Source: an uncultured Gammaproteobacteria bacterium
GTDB taxonomy: Bacteria; Patescibacteriota; Microgenomatia; UBA12405; JAHJSD01
DNA length: 64,000 bases
Direction of reading: 5' to 3'
Assembly (NCBI GenBank): GCA_964428655.1
Contig: CAYRYE010000001.1
Coordinates: 73,328-137,327, forward strand
A program made the translations under genes and the position numbers. A model generated the notes under the pieces. That model was not told the DNA's origin. It saw nothing but the letters and a program-made list of their open reading frames with translations, and ran no database searches. Shown in pieces: positions 8,123 to 17,085 of this stretch (its first letter is position 1; each line of letters starts with the position of its first letter).

Positions 8123-10411
8123 TTATGGGATGAGAGTTGGAGCTGGAGTGGGCATGAGCTGACAATGTTTAGTTGGCTGAGTTCCGGCAATAAAATATTC
8201 CTCAATAATTTTGGGACAATTAAAACAGGGCAAGGTACCAGTTGTTTGGCAAATAGCGGTTTTAACAACATTATCTGGCACTAGCCAATCTTCTTGGGGA
8301 TAGCTGTTAAGAAGTTGTTTCATAATTTGATGCCAAATCGGAGTAGCGCCGGTAACGCCGGAAGCAACATGACTCATGGGTGAGTTGTCATTGTTGCCTA
8401 CCCAAACAGCAGTCAGAAGAGATGGAGTATAACCGATACACCAATTATCCCGTAAGTTATTAGTAGTTCCTGTTTTAACAGCCACTTTATAATTTGGGAT
8501 TTGCAAAAATGAGTTATTGCCGAAGGCTAAAGCTCTAGCCTGATTATCAGTTAGAATATCAGTGAGAGTAAAAGCGATTCCTGGATCTATAACCTGTTGG
8601 TTGGGACAGGAATTGTTTGTTAGGCAAGGGTTTTGAAAGATAGTTTTGCCCCGATGATTTTTAATTTCTAAAATGGGGTTGATATCTACCTTTTTTCCTA
8701 GATTGGCAAGGATGGAGTAAACCTGGGCTAGGTCAATCATTTTTACCTCTCCTCCACCTAAAGTCAAAGAAAGACCAAATCTTGAAGGATCATCCCAAGT
8801 GGTGATTCCTAAAGTTTGACCCATTTTGATCATCCTATCAACCCCGTAAGAAGAAAGCACTTTTACGGCTGGAACATTAAATGAAGAAGCTAGAGCTGTT
8901 CTAAGGGGTAAATTGCCATGAAATTGGTTGTCATAGTTTCGAGGTGAATATGGCGGCTGTCCTGGTATTCGATAGGTAATTGGTGTGTCGGGAATAATTG
9001 TTGCCGTTGTGTAGCCCATTCCCAGGGCAACAGCATAATTGATCACCTTGATTGCTGACCCAGGTTGGCGGGGTCTGAGAACAACATTAACATTGCCATC
9101 ATTTTCAAAATTAAAGTAATCTCTAGAGCCAGCCATAGCTAATACCCCGCCCGTTTTAGGATTAATTATCAGAGCCGCGCCATTTTTAATGTTAAGGTGG
9201 GTTAGCTTATTCAGTTCGTCCCTCACTGTTTTTTCAACCAGTTGTTGAACTGTCCAGTCTAGGCTAGTGGTTACTTCCAATCCTCCTTGTTCAACTGCTT
9301 GCTGACCATAGTAATCAACTAATAAATCTTTGATATAGAAAACAAAGTGGGGGGCCTTTATTGAGTCTCGTTTTGGAATGAACCGAAGAGGGGTGGTAAT
9401 AATTTCAGCCGCTTCTGAGGGATTAATATAATTTGTTTTAACCATTTCTCTGATAACTTGCTCTTGCCGCTTTTTTGCAAATTCAGGATAAGCGCCAAAT
9501 GGTGAATATTTGGTTGGGGCTCGAGTGAGACCAGCCAAAAGAGCCGCTTCAGCAGGATTAATTTCCCAAACATGTTTGCCAAAATATTTTTGGGCTGCCT
9601 CTTCCGACCCGTAAGCAGTGCCTCCATATGGTACTTCGTTAAAATACATTTGGAGAATTTCGTTTTTAGAAAATTTCATCTCTACTAATAGAGCCAGAAT
9701 AGCTTCTCTTATCTTTCTTTTCCAAGTTTTTTCTGAGTTTAATAAAGCATTTTTAACTAATTGTTGGGTTAAAGTTGATCCACCCATTTGAGGTTTATCG
9801 GGGTTTAAAAAGTTATGCTTAAGCGCCCGCAAAATTCCTCGCCAAGAGAGGCCGCTATGAGAGTAAAATTCTTTATCTTCAATGGCTATTGTAGCAGCTA
9901 TCAGATGTTGAGAAATGTTTTCCAAAGGAACCAGAGTTCGGTTTTGATCTCGATAAATTTTATAGAGAAGAATCCCTGACCGATCGTAGATTTTAGTAGT
10001 TAAAGAGGGCCTTCTTTGAATCAGATGATCTGGCGATGGAAGATCGCGAAAGAGACTAATAATGATTCCAGCCAAGATTAAGATAATCCCTATAATAATT
10101 AAAATCAGGGCGAGCTTTTTGTTTCTTAAAATTATTTTTTCTTTTTTTCTCGGCCGACCTCTTTTTCTCTTTTTTAATTTTTTAAATATTTTTTGAATTT
10201 TAAGTTTTATTTGTTTTCTGAAATTTCTTGGCCGACCCGGACCTCTTTTTTTGCCTAGCTTAATTTTGGGCCAAAGATCAGTAAGAAGATAACTTCTTAC
10301 TGAATTAAGAAGATTTTTCAAGAATTTAATCAGTTTTCCAAAAATAGTCAGGGAAAAGATTATTAATTGATATCCGGGCTTACCTAAGAAAATAAGAATT
10401 TCTCGAACCAT
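8123..10411 (-). CDS. class A penicillin-binding protein (PBP1A-type transglycosylase/transpeptidase)
   Basis: GT51 motifs EDKEFYSHSG and GGSTLTQQLVKN. Transpeptidase motifs SxxK (GSAIK), SFN and KTGTT. N-terminal Lys/Arg-rich cytoplasmic tail with RGRP repeats, then a TM. Confidence 0.9.
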   Translation of the reverse strand: MVREILIFLGKPGYQLIIFSLTIFGKLIKFLKNLLNSVRSYLLTDLWPKIKLGKKRGPGRPRNFRKQIKLKIQKIFKKLKKRKRGRPRKKEKIILRNKKLALILIIIGIILILAGIIISLFRDLPSPDHLIQRRPSLTTKIYDRSGILLYKIYRDQNRTLVPLENISQHLIAATIAIEDKEFYSHSGLSWRGILRALKHNFLNPDKPQMGGSTLTQQLVKNALLNSEKTWKRKIREAILALLVEMKFSKNEILQMYFNEVPYGGTAYGSEEAAQKYFGKHVWEINPAEAALLAGLTRAPTKYSPFGAYPEFAKKRQEQVIREMVKTNYINPSEAAEIITTPLRFIPKRDSIKAPHFVFYIKDLLVDYYGQQAVEQGGLEVTTSLDWTVQQLVEKTVRDELNKLTHLNIKNGAALIINPKTGGVLAMAGSRDYFNFENDGNVNVVLRPRQPGSAIKVINYAVALGMGYTTATIIPDTPITYRIPGQPPYSPRNYDNQFHGNLPLRTALASSFNVPAVKVLSSYGVDRMIKMGQTLGITTWDDPSRFGLSLTLGGGEVKMIDLAQVYSILANLGKKVDINPILEIKNHRGKTIFQNPCLTNNSCPNQQVIDPGIAFTLTDILTDNQARALAFGNNSFLQIPNYKVAVKTGTTNNLRDNWCIGYTPSLLTAVWVGNNDNSPMSHVASGVTGATPIWHQIMKQLLNSYPQEDWLVPDNVVKTAICQTTGTLPCFNCPKIIEEYFIAGTQPTKHCQLMPTPAPTLIP

Positions 10412-10492
10412 AATAAGTTAATTATATCTCATTATATAGGTTTTAGAAAGAAGATGATTACGTCGATTTCACGCTTGGTGTGAAACGGGTGA

Positions 10493-10972
10493 CTATTTTT
10501 TATTTAGAGCGATTTTAATAATTTCTTGTAGATAACCTCCGTCTTTGCCAAAATCCAGTTGATCTATTTCGTTCTCTTTTATCCATCGGTAAGTTTGGTG
10601 TTCGCTTAAAGTAATTTGAGGTAGAGCCGGATCGGGCCATTGCAATTTCCAGCCGAGCAAGACGGTATATTTTAATTTGCCAGGATCAAAACCGCTTAAT
10701 ACTGTATTTACCAAAAGTTGTGAAGGATTTGTTTCAAGCCCAGTCTCTTCCTTAATTTCCTTGACAATATCTAACAAATGAGGATTTTCCAGCAAGTTAT
10801 CTGTTTCAGGCCAATTTGAGTTTCCACCCGGCAAATCCCAAGCATTTGGTCTGGAATATTCATCTGACTTTCTTTGTAAAACTAATACTTTATCTCCACA
10901 AACAATTGCCACCTTGTGAAGAAATTTAACATGGTTTGTAAGCATAAATTCTTTTTTATCTGGATCTATCAC
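10493..10972 (-). CDS. Nudix hydrolase
   Basis: Nudix box GGNSNWPE...VKEIKEETGL (GGx5E...[RK]ExxEExGu). Confidence 0.7.
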   Translation of the reverse strand: MIDPDKKEFMLTNHVKFLHKVAIVCGDKVLVLQRKSDEYSRPNAWDLPGGNSNWPETDNLLENPHLLDIVKEIKEETGLETNPSQLLVNTVLSGFDPGKLKYTVLLGWKLQWPDPALPQITLSEHQTYRWIKENEIDQLDFGKDGGYLQEIIKIALNKK

Positions 10973-11070
10973 TCTTTTTTTTTGGCCTTTATTTTGATTT
11001 ATATTTTACACCAAGATATCCTAGGAGTATACAAAATTTTCTCTATTGGGGATTTTTCCCGGTGTTGAAC

Positions 11071-13278
11071 TTATTGGGCGTTTACTCTTACTGTTTCTTC
11101 GCGGGGAGGACAGTCAAAGCAGATGATTGTGCCTAGGGGATCAGTGACAATCTGATGCTCTTGCCATTCAAGGTTTCCTGCCTCGCCGGCCGGCAGGTCT
11201 TTTTGTTCTCCAGGTTGAACTGGCCAGCCAGTATCTTTATCAATTAAAACCGCTTGACGAATTGGTTTTGATTTAGGAACTGTGCCTTGAATGAAAAATT
11301 CATAGCGCGATTCGCAACCTTCTTCCGGCGGAAGAGTCCCAGTTAGATTGCAAACGCTGGCGCCGGTGATATTATTCGGCTTAGTAGCCCATTCTTGCTT
11401 TTCGTCTTTTAAGATATATGTCATCACTTTATTCCATATTGGTGAAGCGCCGGTAATTCCGGAAGCAACCCAACCCATAGGAGTATTGTCATTGTTTCCT
11501 ACCCAAACAGCAGCCACATAGCTTGGAGTGTAACCAATAGTCCAATTATCTCTTTTGTCATTAGTCGTTCCTGTTTTAACTGCTACTTCAGGGTGATTTT
11601 TAACAACTAATAGTGAACTGGATCCAAAAGCCGCTGATCTGGCATTATTATCAAGAAGAATATGGCCGACTAAGTAGGCGGCTTCCATTGGCAAAACTCG
11701 CTTACCGGTTGACTCTTGGCGTTCTTCAAGAATTTTACCTTGACGATTTTCAATCTTAAGAATAGAAACTAAGTTTTTTCTCACTCCTAGGTTGGCTAAG
11801 GTACCAAAAGCCGTGGCCATCTCAGTCATTTTTACTTCTCCGCCGCCCAGTGTTAAAGAAAGGCCAAATTCTGAGGATTCTCTAGCGCTTAAATTATCTA
11901 ATCCCATCGCCGAAGCAGAGGTGATAAAAGTTTTGATCCCATTCAAAGCGAGGACTCTGACTGCTGGAATGTTGAAAGAATTGCCTAAGGCAAAACGAGC
12001 CTGGGCTGGACCATGGAAAAGGCCGTCGTAATTTCTAGGACAATATAGCTTTGGCCCGCCAGTGAAACAGGTTGGAACATCAGCTAAAACGGTTGAGGGA
12101 GTGATTTTTTTCAAAGCAAAACCAGTGGCATAATTTAAAGGTTTAATAGCTGATCCGGGTTGACGCAGGGCCGTGGTGACATTAAATTTCCCATCAATAT
12201 CATCGGCAAAATAATCTTTTGAACCTACCATGGCCAGAATCTCGCCGCTTTTAGGATTAGTGACCAGGACGGCGCCGTTGGAAACCTTGGCTGTTTTTAA
12301 TTTAGCCATTTCGGAAGCCACAGTGGCTTGGGCAAATTCTTGAGTATCAAGGTCTAAAGTAGTAGTGACTTTAAATCCGCCCTGAGTAGCCATTTGCTGG
12401 CCGTATTTTTCAGTTAATTGTTCCTTGACATAAAAAACAAAATGGGGTGCTTTTATCTTGGTTCCCGGACTGGCAAAGTTTATTTTTTTTTCTTTAGCTT
12501 TTTGATAAGTTTCTTGGTCAATTTTCTCTAAGTCTTTCATTAGTGATAAAACTACTGTCTGTCGATTTTTGGCTCGATCAGGGTGAATAAACGGAGAGTA
12601 GGTGGTTGGGGCGGCTGGTAGCCCGGCTAAAAGAGCTGCTTCAGCCAAAGTTAATTCTTTGGCGCTTTTACCAAAAAAGGTGCGGCTGGCGGTTTCGATT
12701 CCGTATGAAGTTCCTCCGTAAGGAATTTGATTAAAGTACATTTCTAAGATTTGATCTTTAGAATAAAGGGCTTCAGTTAGGGCCGTTAAAATAGCCTCTT
12801 TGATTTTTCTAGTTAGAGTTCTTTTAGGAGTCAGAAGGACATTTTTAACTAACTGTTGGGTGATAGTTGACCCACCTTGAAGTTTACGGCGAAAAACGAT
12901 ATTGATGAAAGCTCGACTGATTCCTCTTAGGTCAAAGCCAGAATGCTGATAGAAATTCTTATCCTCAATTGCTAAAGTGGCATCAATTAGATGTTGGGGC
13001 AGTTCATCTAATTTGATTAGAATTCGATTTCGCTCACTGTAGATTTCATAAAGCAGTTCTTCGTTACGATCATAAATCTCTGTTGAAGCCGGATAGGGGA
13101 AATCGCTCAGTCGTCGTGGTGAGGGCAAGGAATTAAGGATAAAAATAAAAAAACCTGTTCCCAACAAGAAAAGACCAACCAGTATTGGTTTTTTAAAATA
13201 GCCAATTAATTTAACAATTTTAATTAAAATTGACCTTTTGATAATTCTCCTTTTTTTCTTAGATTTCTTTTTGGCCAT
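11071..13278 (-). CDS. class A penicillin-binding protein (second PBP1A paralog)
   Basis: EDKNFYQHSG, GGSTITQQLVKN, RQPGSAIKP, GNSFN and KTGTT motifs, plus a C-terminal extension of about 100 aa. Confidence 0.9.
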   Translation of the reverse strand: MAKKKSKKKRRIIKRSILIKIVKLIGYFKKPILVGLFLLGTGFFIFILNSLPSPRRLSDFPYPASTEIYDRNEELLYEIYSERNRILIKLDELPQHLIDATLAIEDKNFYQHSGFDLRGISRAFINIVFRRKLQGGSTITQQLVKNVLLTPKRTLTRKIKEAILTALTEALYSKDQILEMYFNQIPYGGTSYGIETASRTFFGKSAKELTLAEAALLAGLPAAPTTYSPFIHPDRAKNRQTVVLSLMKDLEKIDQETYQKAKEKKINFASPGTKIKAPHFVFYVKEQLTEKYGQQMATQGGFKVTTTLDLDTQEFAQATVASEMAKLKTAKVSNGAVLVTNPKSGEILAMVGSKDYFADDIDGKFNVTTALRQPGSAIKPLNYATGFALKKITPSTVLADVPTCFTGGPKLYCPRNYDGLFHGPAQARFALGNSFNIPAVRVLALNGIKTFITSASAMGLDNLSARESSEFGLSLTLGGGEVKMTEMATAFGTLANLGVRKNLVSILKIENRQGKILEERQESTGKRVLPMEAAYLVGHILLDNNARSAAFGSSSLLVVKNHPEVAVKTGTTNDKRDNWTIGYTPSYVAAVWVGNNDNTPMGWVASGITGASPIWNKVMTYILKDEKQEWATKPNNITGASVCNLTGTLPPEEGCESRYEFFIQGTVPKSKPIRQAVLIDKDTGWPVQPGEQKDLPAGEAGNLEWQEHQIVTDPLGTIICFDCPPREETVRVNAQ

Positions 13279-13304
13279 TTATTTCTTTCGCAGTGTAGCG
13301 AAGG

Positions 13305-13390
13305 CGGAGGAGGCGGGATTCGAACCCGCGTAGCCCAATTAGGGCTCAGGATTAGCAATCCTGCGCAATTGACCTCTATGCGACTCCTCC
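13305..13390 (-). tRNA. tRNA-Ser (anticodon GCU), type II with long variable arm
   Basis: Reverse complement folds as acceptor GGAGGAG/CTCCTCC, anticodon stem CAGGA/TCCTG with loop TTGCTAA, variable arm GCCC/GGGC, and T-arm GCGGG-TTCGAAT-CCCGC. No encoded CCA. Confidence 0.85.
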
Positions 13391-13429
13391 CGTTTGACTT
13401 AGGATTAGCGTTATTCTATCATTTTCTCA

Positions 13430-13984
13430 GTGTCTAAATCAAAAACTCCCAGGCCAGAAACTGTTGATCGCCAACCGCTAGAGGTACTCCCAGTAAAAGA
13501 GGAAAGGGTTCTTTTTGAGTGGAAGGCCTTAGAAAGGCCATATCAGCGGAAAGATAAGGAATTTTGGACTACAGTTTTGTCTGTTCTTGGTCTAGTTTCT
13601 TTGATTTTATTTTTTGTTAAAGAATGGTTCCTAATTGCTGCCTTGGTAGCTCTGGTTTTTCTTTATTATGTTTTAACAACAGTTCCTCCTCAGAAGGCGA
13701 AATACAAACTAACTACTCGGGGGATATATTTTTCTCCTAGTCAGAGAATTGATTGGGAAGTGCTTCGCCGGTTTTGGATTGACGAAAAATGGGGACATTC
13801 TCTTTTGCACCTTGAAACTTGGCTCAAATTTCCCCGAGTGATTAGTTTGGTATTTTCCAAAGCAGAAGGGAAGAAAATTCTTGAGATTTTAAGAAAATAT
13901 ATTCCTCAAGAAAAGACTTCACCCAATTTCCTTGATAAATTCTCCTCTTGGCTTTCTAAAAAATTTCCTCTAGAAACCAAATAA
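13430..13984 (+). CDS. hypothetical membrane protein
   Basis: 184 aa with two central hydrophobic helices and no recognisable family. Confidence 0.5.
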   Translation: MSKSKTPRPETVDRQPLEVLPVKEERVLFEWKALERPYQRKDKEFWTTVLSVLGLVSLILFFVKEWFLIAALVALVFLYYVLTTVPPQKAKYKLTTRGIYFSPSQRIDWEVLRRFWIDEKWGHSLLHLETWLKFPRVISLVFSKAEGKKILEILRKYIPQEKTSPNFLDKFSSWLSKKFPLETK

Positions 13985-14001
13985 ATGATAAAATAGGCTA
14001 T

Positions 14002-14073
14002 GTCCCTGTAGTTCAATGGATAGAACATCGGTTTCCGGAACCGAAAATGGGGGTTCGATTCCCTTCAGGGATA
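14002..14073 (+). tRNA. tRNA-Arg (anticodon CCG)
   Basis: Acceptor GTCCCTG/CAGGGAT, D-arm GTTC...GAAC, anticodon stem TCGGT/ACCGA with loop TTCCGGA, and T-loop TTCGATT. Confidence 0.85.
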
Positions 14074-14130
14074 CTATTTCTCCTTTCATTTAGGAGCTCT
14101 GCTAGAGAGGTTGATAGATAGGGGTAATTA

Positions 14131-15186
14131 ATGTATAGTGACTTTATGAAAAGGGTTTTTCTTAAAAAACATGTTCGTGAAGTGTACTTTAAGAAAATAA
14201 AGGATGTTTCTAGGATAAGTTGGAGTATTTTAGCCAGAAAGTTGGGTTATTCAGAAAGGAATTTATTTGATTGGCGCATTGGAAAATATAGCATGCCAAA
14301 AAAGGTCATCACCGAGATAGAAAATTTATTTAGTGTTTTCCCCAAAGAATTAAGCGAGAAGTCAGAGTATTGGCACACAAAGATGGCTGGGAGATTGGGA
14401 GCGGTTACTAGAAATAAAAAGTATGGTAACCCGGGAACCAAAAAGGGTAGAAAAAAAGGTGGAGAGAGATCAATGATCACTCATAAACGTGATAATACTG
14501 GTTTTGTTATAGAAAAAAATATTGTTATCCCTAGAAGATCAACAATTCTTTCTGAATTCATTGGTATTGTGCTAGGTGATGGAAGTATTTCTAATTACCA
14601 GGTTACAATTTATCTAAATCTGTCTGATGATTATAACTATGCACTTAGTCTAATTTCTCTGGTCAAAGATTTATTTGGCATTGACGTTTCTGTCTTAAAA
14701 AGAAAAGAAATGTCTGTGATTGCTTTAATTATCTCTTCGAAGCAGTTAGTGAAATTTTTAGTTGGAAAAAACGATTTAACTATAGGTAATAAAGTTAAAA
14801 ACCAGATAAGGATTCCATCATGGATAATGACCAAGAAGTGCTGGCAAGCAGCTTGTTTACGGGGGCTTTTTGACACTGACGGTTGTGTCTATCTTGATAA
14901 TCATGTAATAAATAAAAAAGTCTATAAAAATTTAGGTTTGGTTTTTAGTTCTTCATCTCGGCCGCTACTTGAAGATATTAATGCTAGTTTGATTGTAAAT
15001 TGCTTTTCTCCTACCGACTCGCATGGTGGGAACAAAATAATGTTAAGGAGGGAAAATGAAATAACCAGATTTTTTGCTAAAATAAAACCTAGAAATCCCA
15101 AGCATACAAAAAGGTTTAGAAAGTTTATGAGGGAGAGGTACCGAAGTGGACACAACGGGACTGCCTCGAAAGCAGTTAGAGATTAA
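14131..15186 (+). CDS. LAGLIDADG homing endonuclease (double-motif) with N-terminal HTH-like region
   Basis: Two LAGLIDADG-type motifs about 100 aa apart, IGIVLGDGSI and LRGLFDTDGCVYLD. The last 55 nt of the ORF overlap tRNA-Ser(CGA). Confidence 0.75.
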   Translation: MYSDFMKRVFLKKHVREVYFKKIKDVSRISWSILARKLGYSERNLFDWRIGKYSMPKKVITEIENLFSVFPKELSEKSEYWHTKMAGRLGAVTRNKKYGNPGTKKGRKKGGERSMITHKRDNTGFVIEKNIVIPRRSTILSEFIGIVLGDGSISNYQVTIYLNLSDDYNYALSLISLVKDLFGIDVSVLKRKEMSVIALIISSKQLVKFLVGKNDLTIGNKVKNQIRIPSWIMTKKCWQAACLRGLFDTDGCVYLDNHVINKKVYKNLGLVFSSSSRPLLEDINASLIVNCFSPTDSHGGNKIMLRRENEITRFFAKIKPRNPKHTKRFRKFMRERYRSGHNGTASKAVRD

Positions 15187-15222
15187 TTCTCTACGTGGGT
15201 TCGAATCCCACCCTCTCCGCCA
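15132..15222 (+). tRNA. tRNA-Ser (anticodon CGA), type II, CCA encoded
   Basis: Acceptor GGAGAGG/CCTCTCC, anticodon stem ACTGC/GCAGT with loop CTCGAAA, long variable arm TAGAGA/TCTCTA, T-arm GTGGG-TTCGAAT-CCCAC, then G-CCA. Confidence 0.85.
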
Positions 15223-15271
15223 ATCAATGTTAGGCTCGCGCTTTGTGAAAGATTGGTATAATTGATGTCAT

Positions 15272-16345
15272 ATGACTCTTTTTTTTAATGCCGTTTTCCT
15301 TTTGGCCGGTGCTATTATTGGTGCCGGAGTTTTTGCTCTTCCTTATGTTTTTTCCCGTTCAGGTTTTTTACCAAGTTTAGTGGGAGTTTTGTTTTTAGGG
15401 GCGCTGATGACGGTTTTAAATCTTTTTTATTGTCAAATTATTCTTAAAACTAAAGGCGATCATCAGCTGCCTGGTTATGTTAAAAAATATCTGGGAGAAA
15501 AGACAGCTAAACTGGCTGTTTTGGCAATGTTGATTTCTATCAATGGGGCCTTACTGGCCTATGTTATTTTAGGTGGTGATTTTTTAGCTTTATCATTTGG
15601 GCAGTTAGCAGCCAGCTTTTATAATCTTTGTTTTTATGTTTTAGGAATTTGGTTTTTTTGGCGAGGATTTAAATTTTTGACAAAAATAGAATTTTGGCTA
15701 ACAGTTGGCCTGATTGTTTTAATGATTGCAATTCCAATTTCCTTGACTGGATTTATTCATGCAGAAAACTATGTTTTAATTACCAGCAAACCTTTGTTTT
15801 TTTGGGGAACAGCTTTGTTTGCCTTGACTGGTTTTTCTGTTATTCCTGAAGTTGAAGAAATTTTGTGCAAAAAGCGCCATTTATTAATACCAACAGTGAT
15901 TGTTGGCAGTTTGATTCCAATTATTCTTTACTTTGCTTTTGGCTTTAGTGTTTGGGGTGTTAGCGGCGCGATGACCACCGCTGATGCTCTTTCCGGCCTA
16001 GTTACTTTTTTTCCGTCTTTAATTCGTTTCGGAGCAGTTGTTGGTTTATTAGCCTTAATGACTTCGTTTTTAGCTTTGACTAATGTTGCTAAAGAGGTTT
16101 ATTTTCGTGATTTAAAATTTAAGGAGAAAAAGGCTAAATTTTTAGCTGTTCTTCCATCGTTTTTTGGTGTCTTTTTGTCAATCGAGGGTTTTATTAAAAT
16201 AATTTCTTTCACTGGCGCAGTTGGTCTGGTAATTTCAGGCAGTTTAATCTGTTTGATGTTTGCCAAACTACAGCCAAGATTTAAATGGCTGGCCTGGCTG
16301 GTTAGTTTATTTTTTATTTTAGGTGCGATAGCGAGTTCGCAATAG
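15272..16345 (+). CDS. amino-acid permease-like membrane transporter (HAAAP/aromatic amino acid permease-like)
   Basis: About 10-11 TM segments. The N-terminal motif AGAIIGAGVFALPY is typical of Trp/Tyr/Ser-type HAAAP permeases. Confidence 0.55.
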   Translation: MTLFFNAVFLLAGAIIGAGVFALPYVFSRSGFLPSLVGVLFLGALMTVLNLFYCQIILKTKGDHQLPGYVKKYLGEKTAKLAVLAMLISINGALLAYVILGGDFLALSFGQLAASFYNLCFYVLGIWFFWRGFKFLTKIEFWLTVGLIVLMIAIPISLTGFIHAENYVLITSKPLFFWGTALFALTGFSVIPEVEEILCKKRHLLIPTVIVGSLIPIILYFAFGFSVWGVSGAMTTADALSGLVTFFPSLIRFGAVVGLLALMTSFLALTNVAKEVYFRDLKFKEKKAKFLAVLPSFFGVFLSIEGFIKIISFTGAVGLVISGSLICLMFAKLQPRFKWLAWLVSLFFILGAIASSQ

Positions 16346-16347
16346 AA

Positions 16348-17064
16348 ATGAATCAAAAGATTCCTGAATTATCAATTATTATTCCTGCCTACAATGAAGA
16401 GAAGTTTATTTCAAAATGTTTGGATTGTGTTTTGAAACAGAAAACAAATATTCCTTATGAAGTGATTGTTGTTAACAATAATTCTAGTGACAGAACCGGG
16501 GAAATAGCGATTGGTAAAGGAGTGAAAGTTGTTGATGAAAAAAAACAGGGAGTGACGGTGGCAAAAAATACTGGGGCAAAAGTGGCCCGCGGAAAAGTTT
16601 TAGTTTTTGTGGATGCTGATTGCTTGGCCCCTTCAAGCTATATAGGGAGAATAATAAAAAATTTTTCCACTCATCCTGAGGCAGACGTTGTTGGCGGCCC
16701 TTATATTTATTATGACGGAGGGGTGTTTATTAGGTGGATAACAGAAAGACTCAATTATTATTATTGGTACTTTAGGCTAATTAAATTGTTTTTTGGTGTT
16801 GAAGCATGTTCGGGTGGAAATATGGCGATAAAAAAGAATGTATTTGATAAAATTGGTGGCTTTAATGAAAAACTCGAAGAACTTACTGACATTGTTCCTC
16901 CCGATGATCTGGAGATTTGCATAAGGCTTAAAAAATCAGATTTTAAACTTTATTATGACAAAAACAATAAAGTTTTAAGCTCTTTTAGAAGGGCTAAAAG
17001 ATCGCCAATAAAAGATTCTTTGAAAAGAGCCTGTTTATCATTAAGACTTCTAATATCGGGTTGA
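16348..17064 (+). CDS. family 2 glycosyltransferase
   Basis: LSIIIPAYNEE...VIVVNNNSSDRT...VFVDADC (GT-A fold with DxD). Confidence 0.8.
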   Translation: MNQKIPELSIIIPAYNEEKFISKCLDCVLKQKTNIPYEVIVVNNNSSDRTGEIAIGKGVKVVDEKKQGVTVAKNTGAKVARGKVLVFVDADCLAPSSYIGRIIKNFSTHPEADVVGGPYIYYDGGVFIRWITERLNYYYWYFRLIKLFFGVEACSGGNMAIKKNVFDKIGGFNEKLEELTDIVPPDDLEICIRLKKSDFKLYYDKNNKVLSSFRRAKRSPIKDSLKRACLSLRLLISG

Positions 17065-17085
17065 TGAAAGTGATAAAATATCTTA

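Noticed and set aside
9358-9627. Several short ORFs antisense to the PBP, integrase, HsdR and other large genes (also 11792..12031, 28338..28532, 38359..38751)
   Set aside because: Each lies entirely within a well-supported gene on the other strand. They have no RBS and a shadow-frame composition.
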